From NCBI RefSeq assembly GCF_009914755.1, contig NC_060927.1: DNA of 64,000 nucleotides; one strand, written 5' to 3'. Numbering within the stretch: the stretch's first letter is position 1; every line of letters starts with the position of its first letter. Shown here in pieces: positions 56,431 through 64,000 of this stretch. Below the pieces are notes generated by a model. It saw only the letters and a list, made by a program, of their open reading frames with translations, did no database searches and was not told the DNA's origin. Origin of the DNA: the human T2T-CHM13v2.0 reference genome, Homo sapiens. The translations under genes were made by a program, and so were the position numbers.

Positions 56431-58285
56431 TTAGAAATGGGTAAGACTAAATAACATTTCAGGATGCCCAATTGGGTGAGGAAAGTATAGAGAAATGTAA
56501 GAAAGTAGTTGCTTTGTAAGTTGTGGTTCTGATTAGTTCTGGAGACAGGGAGGGAAGTGTAATCAGGATAGGGCATATGAAGGGGCTTGTGACATGTTTG
56601 GCAAAGTTCTATTTTTTGATTGGGTGATGGTCACAGGAGTTTACCTGATGACTCACCAAGCTATACATGTTTTATGTAAGTGTTTTATGTTGGATTGTGT
56701 GTGTTGTGTCCATGTGCATGTATGTGTACATTCTCTAAATTTGCTTTTGTTTGTGGAGCAGAGGTGAACAGGATGCCATTTAAGCACACACAGTAGATTG
56801 CTTCCAGCTAATACCAGACAGCTGCTGAAATCAGGAGGCTTAATGAGATGGTGCAATGCTCTTAGGTTTATGTCTTTGCATTAACAGGGAAAACCTCCAA
56901 ATGATCCAGGTTTAAGTAATGGGATGCTTTCTAAATTGTTATAATTAGACAATTTTGATAGCAACGAACAAAGAAAATGCCATGTTTCACCATGAGAATG
57001 CATGTTTTTAAAGATATCAGGAAATTCATAGGTTTGGCCGTGGCAAATTATAATCTAATGAATTTGCAATTATCATAAATTATTTAGCCACCATGAAACT
57101 GTAGATAATTGGATTTCAAGGTCTATTAAAGTTTATAACTACTTATATTGATATTTTTGAGACCTGCTTACCTAGAGTAAGCATCTTTATTATTTTGTAT
57201 CGGGGATGGTGGGATGAAATATCAAGATTCTTTCCTTTAAGGGGATATCCAAGAATACACTGGGCTTTGTTCAAGTTACATCTGGGTAAATGCTGTAAGT
57301 TATTATAATGGACTCCAAATGTGACATTATGGATTCAATGGCTGTCTCCACACCTCAGAACTTCAAAGCTGCTGATGGCAGAAAGTAGCCAGGTCTGGAA
57401 TGGACTCTCAACAAATATTAGCTAGACGGAGCATATTGTACGCATCACATTTTTCTTTCTAATTCTGGCGGGAACATTCCTCAAAGAGGATTATTCCAGA
57501 GTTCTACATAGCAAAGGAGAGCCTTTACCCAAAGACTATGTTGTAAATGTTTTATCAAAAAAGGAATGCATTTTCGGAAGAGCCTTTCCAATACAGGTGA
57601 GAACATGGATGTTGCAGAGAATACAGGATGCAATCCTCAATTTTAAGACTTTACAGATATTAAGCATGAGTATTTCGCATTGAAGAGATAGGGGTAAAGA
57701 ATGGTCAGCAAGACAATTTAATGTAAATAGGGAGAAGAGGGAAGAGTAGTCATCAGGCTGGGGATGAGAGCTTTAGTGAACTGTGCACTGCAGGGTTAGC
57801 ACCACAATTCTAGGCAATTCTGAATAGTAGAGATTCCATTCCATGTTCTGTTCCAGTAATTTCTTACTCCATCTCTTTCCTTCCTCATCCTCTACCTTTA
57901 GAAAACCAAGCATTTTTCCCCTGGTTATTTCCACTTGGTTTTTAGATAACAGTTGTGTCAATATCTTGAGCACATAGAGATTACATGTCTAAAAGATGTA
58001 ATAGTAGTTTTAATAGCAGAAAGCTCAGCTGAGATTTAATTTCCTCTTTGGGATGTAGGCTTTCTTTCTGAACATGCTGCTGTAGCTGTCTGAAGAAAAA
58101 AATACCAATTCTGACATATCTCGGTTTAGAATAAAATACCTCTCCTTATCAATGTTGTTCGCCTACTTGTTATGAAGCAATTTAGGGCAATCACTAAGAT
58201 TATGAAATGTAATGGTGCACTAATGGGGCATTTCACATATGAGCAGAATAAAGTCATCTCATTGGGAATTTCTTGTGGACTTTAA

Positions 58286-58627
<342 letters not shown>

Positions 58628-59485
58628 CTAATATTTTCCCTTTGGTATGGGTATCTCTATTTAAGAAAATTAATATGTGGTTTAGAATGGATAAATCTAT
58701 AGAAGAAAGACTTAATCTTCTGCACAATCTACTTTTGATGTTACTAGACATGATGTGGTACTCAGTTGTTGTTAATAGATTATAATATGCAGGGGGTAAA
58801 TGGAACTTCTAATCCACAGTGGTGTTATAGCCTCATCACATGACAAAGCAGATTTGGCCACAGTCTTTTGTTTTCTTGTCTATCTGCCTGCCTTGTCTCT
58901 GTCTCTGACAATAAATGCCATTTTTACTGAACAAGCCTCTATTCCACACCCTGGAACTTTACATTTTAACTTTGGTGGCATTTCTATCACTCTTTCCACA
59001 TTCTGCACACAGGCATGCCATTCCAGTCGGCCAATAAGGAGCAACTCCCCAGCGGTGAGCACATGGGTCCACTCTTAGCCTTTTCTTGGCCCTATCTAGA
59101 ATATTCACTTTCAAGCTCCATTGTCATGCATATAACAGTCAGGCTTCTTTGATCTCATTCTGTCCTGAATGTCAAAATGTTTAAGTCAGTTTTTGCATAG
59201 AAATAGTCTTCAGCAACTCCTTTCCTTCGCTCTGGTTATATTGGGCCTTTCAGGCTGCAGGAAGACAGGGGCTGTGTCTTCTTAATAGCTTCCCCTTCGG
59301 CCATTGCAGCCCCATCCATAGCACAGTGTCTAACACTTGATTACGTTTTTGTTAAACAATGAATGGAACAATGATTAAATGACTAAAAGTTTTCTTGCTT
59401 GTGGCCCTTTTTTTCATGTTCTTTCTCAACTTCTGTTTTTAATTTCATGCTTTCTGTGTTGTGGCTTCTACTCAACCCCAAAGTC

Positions 59486-60192
59486 TCTTCCTCCTCCTCC
59501 TCCCCCCACCCACCCCTCCCCTCTCCTCCCCCCAACTACCCTGTCCTCCTCCCCCACCCCCCTCCCCCCTCCTCCCCCTCCCCCCTCCTCCCCCCACCTC
59601 CATCCTCCTCCCCCCTCCCCATCCTCCTCCCACCTCCTCCTCCTCCCCCCCTCCCCGTCCTCCTCCCACCTCCCCCTCCTCCTCCCCCTCCCCCACCTCC
59701 TCCTCCTCCCCCCTCCTCGTCCTCCTCCCCCTCCTCCTCTCCCCCCCTCCTCTCCCCCCCCTCCTCCCCCCTCCTCCTCCTCCTGCTCTCCCCCTCCTCC
59801 TCCCCATTCTGCTCTCCTCCTCCCCCTCCTCCTCCCCCCTCCTCCCCCCTCCTCCTCCCCCCTCCCCCCTCCTCCCCCTCCTCCTCCCCCCTCCCCCCTC
59901 CTCCCCCTCCTCCTCCCCCCTCCCCCCTCCTCCTCCCCCCTCCCCCCTCCTCCCCCTCCTCCTCCCCCCTCCCCCCTCCTCCCTGTCTTCCTCCCCCACC
60001 TCCCCCCTCCCCCCTCCTCCCTGTCTTCCTCCCCCACCTCCCCCCTCCTCCCACTCCTCCTCCCCGTCTTCCTCCCCCACCTCCCCCCTCCTCCCACTCC
60101 TCCTCCCCCTCCTCCTCCCCCATCCTCTCCCATCCTCCTCCCCCCCTCCTCCCCGCTCCTCCTCCTTCTCCCCCTCCTTCCCCTCCTCCTCT
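59486..60192. repeat. ~700-bp C-rich polypyrimidine low-complexity tandem repeat (CCT/CnT units)
   Basis: Almost only C and T on the + strand; recurring subunits such as gtcttcctcccccacctcccccctc (3 copies). Confidence 0.95.
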
Positions 60193-60249
60193 TTTTCTTT
60201 TCCTTTTTCCGGGTTAAAATTACTTGCCACCTCAACCACAGTTTTGTTA

Positions 60250-60712
60250 ATTTTTTTTTAAATTTCAGCTTTGATTTTAGATACAGGGGGTTCATGTGTA
60301 GGATTGTTACATGGGTATATTGGACCCAGTTAGTAAGCATAGTAACCAATAGGTACTTTTTCATCCCATGTCCTTCTCCTCCTTACCTCCACCCTCTTAT
60401 AATCTGCAGTGTTTATTGTACCTATTTATGTCCAGGTATGCTTAATGTTTAGCTCCCACTTACAAGTGAGAACATGTAGTGTTTGGTTTTCTGTTCCTGC
60501 ATTAATTCTCTTAGGATTATGGCCTCAACTCCATCTAGGTTTCTACAAAGTACATGATTTCATTCTTTTTTATGGCTGTGTAGTATTCCATAATGTGTAT
60601 ACACCACATTTTCTTTATCCAATCTATCACTGATGGGCAGCTAGGTTAATTCCATGTCGTTTCTATTGTGAATAGCATGGCAATGAACATACAAGTGCAT
60701 GTGTCTTTTTTG
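60250..60712 (-). mobile_element. L1PB/old L1PA 3' end
   Basis: ttttagatacagggggttcatgtg...gttacatgggtatattg...ttagctcccacttacaagtgagaacatg...tttatggctgtgtagtattcca. Confidence 0.88.
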
Positions 60713-61843
60713 ATATTTTTAATGAATATCTATTGGATATTCCTCTTAACACTTAAGTTATTGCTGTATGCACTTAAGAATTATGCTGGATGCTAAAATT
60801 TATGATACTTGATGTATCCAGGAGATTATAATACAAGCTCAGAAAACCCAGCATCTACTGGGTCTGATAAGCAATCAAGTGTAGAAGTAAGCTTTCCCTT
60901 CCCTAAACAGTGATGCCTGCTTCATACAATCTCACACAGAAAGAAGGCATTAGACATAGATGGATTTCACCTTCCTCCCTGACAAGCGATGAGGAAATAT
61001 AATAAAGGCCTATGGCATTTAAAAGAAGAATGCTACCTTCACAAGTACTTTTTTAAAAACTTTATCCATTGTAAATAGAACTCATACTATTACATACTTT
61101 CTAGCCATATTAATTTAAAAATTACACGATATTCACTTTCTGTCTTATCCAGGGTAGTGTTTGTCAACTTCTCCACCCAGAAATCTCAAAGGCAGAAAAT
61201 AGTGACTATGTGTATTATTGTTGGGGGTGTGTAGGAAAAATAGCCATATTCAAACCTAAATGTTATTTGAGGCCTCCTATTTTAGCTCTGAAATTAATTC
61301 AAACTTTGTACTACATTTTGAAATCACGCTTTTGCTGTTCATGAAGTAAACTTGATATTCTGGGAAGATGTATGCCTGACCACAAGCTCCACATACTCCT
61401 AGTTTGAAGCTGGCACGCCCCAGTTGGCCAAAGCAGGGTTTGTAAGTTAGAAAGATATTTAGAATTAATGGGAAAAAAGATTCTGCTCCCAACATTTAGG
61501 CTATGTAAGGAGAACCAGACATCTTATATGGGCAACATAAGGGCTCTACCCAGCATAGCCACATCCAGCTGTAAGAGTTCAGGGAGTGAAAGCTTACATC
61601 AAATGAGGAAACTTGGAGACATTTCAAGAGGAGATGACATTCCAGACAGTAGAAATCTTTATATATGTGTTCAGTGAAAATACAGTTTAGGATCTGGTTT
61701 TTAGTTTCTTGTTTCTTCCCCCCACATCTAATCTGTGATCACCTTATCTCATTCTTGTTTTCTGATAATCACGTTCTTATGAATTCTTTTATTTCCTGCA
61801 AGCTAGGAAATAATAAAATTAAGCTTGTTTAAGAATCGTTCCT

Positions 61844-63186
61844 TTTGATGTGCTGCTGGATTTGGTTTGCCTGTATTTTATTGAGGTTTTTTGCATCAAT
61901 GTTCATCAGGAATATTGGCCTGAAACTTTCTTTTTTTGTTGTGTCTCTGCCAGGTTTTGGTATCAGGATGATGCTGGCCTCATAAAATGAGTTAGGGAGG
62001 AGTCACTCTTTTCTATTTGTTTGGAATAGTTTCAGAAGAAATGGTACCAGATCCTCTTTGTACCTCTGGTAGAATTCGGCTGTGAATCTGTCTGGTCCCG
62101 GGCTTTTATTTGTTGGTAGGCTATTAATTACTGCCTCAATTTCAGAGCTTGTTATTGGTCTATTCAGGGATGTGACTTCTTCCTGATTTAGTCTTGGGAG
62201 GGTGTATGTGTCCAGGAATGTATCCATTTCTTCTAGATTTTCTAGTTTATTTGCATAGAGGTGTTTATAATATTCTTTGATGGTAGCTTGTATTTCTGTG
62301 GGATCAGTGGTGATAGCCCCTTAATCATTTTTTATTATGTCTATTTGATTCTTCTCTCTTTTCTTCTTTATTAGTCTGGCTAGTGGTCTATCTATTTTGT
62401 TGATCTTTTCAAAAAACCAGCTCCTGGAGTCATTGATTTTTTTGAAGGATTTTTTTGTGTCTCTAACTCTTTCAGTTCTGCTCTGATCTTAGTTATTTCT
62501 TGTCTTCTGCTAGCTTTTGAATTTGTTTGCTCTCGCTTTTCTTGTTTTAATTGTGATGTTAGGGTGTCGATTTTAGATCTTTCCTGCTTTCTCCTGTGGG
62601 CATTTAGTCCTATAAATTTCCCTCTTAACACTGCTTTAGCTGTGTCCCAGAGATTCTGGTATGTTGTGTCTTTGTTCTCATTGGTTTCAAATAACTTATT
62701 TATTACTGCCTTAATTTCCTTATTTACCCAGTAGTCTCATTCAGGAGCAGGTTGTTCAGTTTCCGTGTAGTGCCGTTTTGAGAGACTTTCTTTTTTTTTT
62801 TTTTTTTTTTTTGAGATGGAGTCTCCCTGTGTCACCCAGGCTGGAGTGCAGTGGTGTGATCTCAGCTCATTGAGTGAGTTTCTTAATCCTGAGTTCTAAT
62901 TTGATTGCACTGTGGTCTGAGAGACAGTTTGTTATGACTTCTGTTCTTTTGCATTTGCTGAGGAGGGTTTTACTTCCAATTATGTGGTCAATTTTAGAGT
63001 AAGTGCTATGTGGTGCTGAGAAGAATGTATATTCTGTTGATTTGGGGTGGAGAGTTCTGTAGATGTCTGTTAGTTCCACTTGGTCCAGAGCTGAGTTCCA
63101 GTCCTGAATATCCTTGTTAATTTTCTGTCTTGTTGATCTAATATTGACAGTGGGGTGTTAAAGTCTCCCACTATTGTTGTGTGGGA
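61844..63186 (-). mobile_element. L1PA internal ORF2 fragment (endonuclease end through pre-RT region), disrupted
   Basis: ORF pieces [58 protein letters not shown]; flanked by aagaatc(g/a)ttcct repeats. Confidence 0.95.
62793..62869 (-). mobile_element. Severely 5'-truncated Alu (about 77 bp) inside L1 ORF2
   Basis: poly(T)+gagatggagtctc...ctcagctca; TSD ttgagagactttctt (62778-62792) / ttgagtgagtttctt (62870-62884). Confidence 0.9.
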
Positions 63187-63887
63187 AAGAATCATTCCTA
63201 AAGAGGACTTTAAATGAAAACTTTCAGGTAAAATAGGTGGGGGTTGGCTGAGAGCTGTGTGACAGATCTTCTGGGACAGATAGGACTTAACATCCAGGTA
63301 TAGAGATTTGTTCCAATATATAATGCTCTCCTAGAGACTGCTCTCCAGATAATTGAGGTAATGCTGCGCTATTTAATGATAATATAGACACTGCAATATA
63401 TTACTAACCTTTTCTTTCTTTTTTAAAAGACTCTCTTATCGATTTTTTTTGAACCCACATCTGGACTGAGTCATCCCAAGTTTTTGAGTTCATGATCTCA
63501 TTCTGGGTTTTGATGACACGTTTATGTTCCAAGAGAATTAAGTCGGTTGGGGATGGAAAGAGAGGGCATGTCACACAGAACTTGGTATGAAGTCCTGCCA
63601 GGCCCAGGGGCTTAGGCTCTATCTGCTAGGTGAGGGGGGTCAAGAAAGGTTCCAAGGAGTTGACTGTCCTGATGAGTTTGGCATTTCAGGTTGCTCCTTC
63701 TGGCAGGCAATAAGTCTTCAAATAAGGAAAGTAGAATAGATGGTGTTCCAGAGGCCATTTGGCAAAACTGGGTAACTAATGGGAAATGGGTTGAGAGTGA
63801 GCCAGGGGAGGATACTTAGGTTAACATCCATGTTTTGAAGAGTCTGAGATACATAATAATAAAAATCTATGTGATAGTTAAAATAAC

Positions 63888-64000
63888 TAATGTCATCGAG
63901 CACCTGCTATTTGCCTGGTGCAAGACTGAATTTTTAATCATCAAGCTTTGAAATTTGGTACAATTAGTGTCCCCATTTTACAGATGATAAAACTGAGGCT
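63888..64000 (-). mobile_element. MIR SINE, runs off the window end
   Basis: gagcacctgctatttgcctgg...ccccattttacagatgataaaactgaggct. Confidence 0.75.

Noticed and set aside
59379-60452. Six long Pro-, Gly/Arg- and Glu-rich ORFs (195-357 aa)
   Set aside because: All frames are open because the C-rich repeat lacks stops, and the ORF ends run into an L1 3'UTR. No domain or codon structure.
62003-63079. ORFs with clear protein similarity
   Set aside because: Broken L1 ORF2 pieces with frameshifts and an Alu insertion; not a host gene.

Overview
Primate (human or great-ape) AT-rich, repeat-dense intronic/intergenic DNA. I can support no host protein-coding gene. The listed ORFs are chance ORFs, Alu/L1 read-through, or artefacts of a C-rich tract. 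Recognisable content: eight Alu/FLAM copies (two AluYa5-like with perfect TSDs), old and young L1 fragments, L2s, MIRs, MaLR LTRs, solo ERV1 LTRs (LTR2 and LTR1 family, both with 4-bp TSDs), a decayed LTR16/ERVL provirus with readable gag motifs, and hAT/Tigger fossils. The most unusual structures are: (i) a 44-bp-arm near-perfect palindrome inside an L2; (ii) a ~70-bp duplication around an A-rich spacer in LTR2 that doubles a perfect DR1 motif; (iii) a tail-less internal L1 ORF2 fragment with 13-bp TSDs; (iv) two young Alus with different 12-13 bp duplications at the same Alu position; (v) a probable ancient minisatellite split by an MLT1. I found no convincing new multi-gene system. Subfamily names come from recalled consensus sequences, not a database search, and boundaries of old repeats are approximate.
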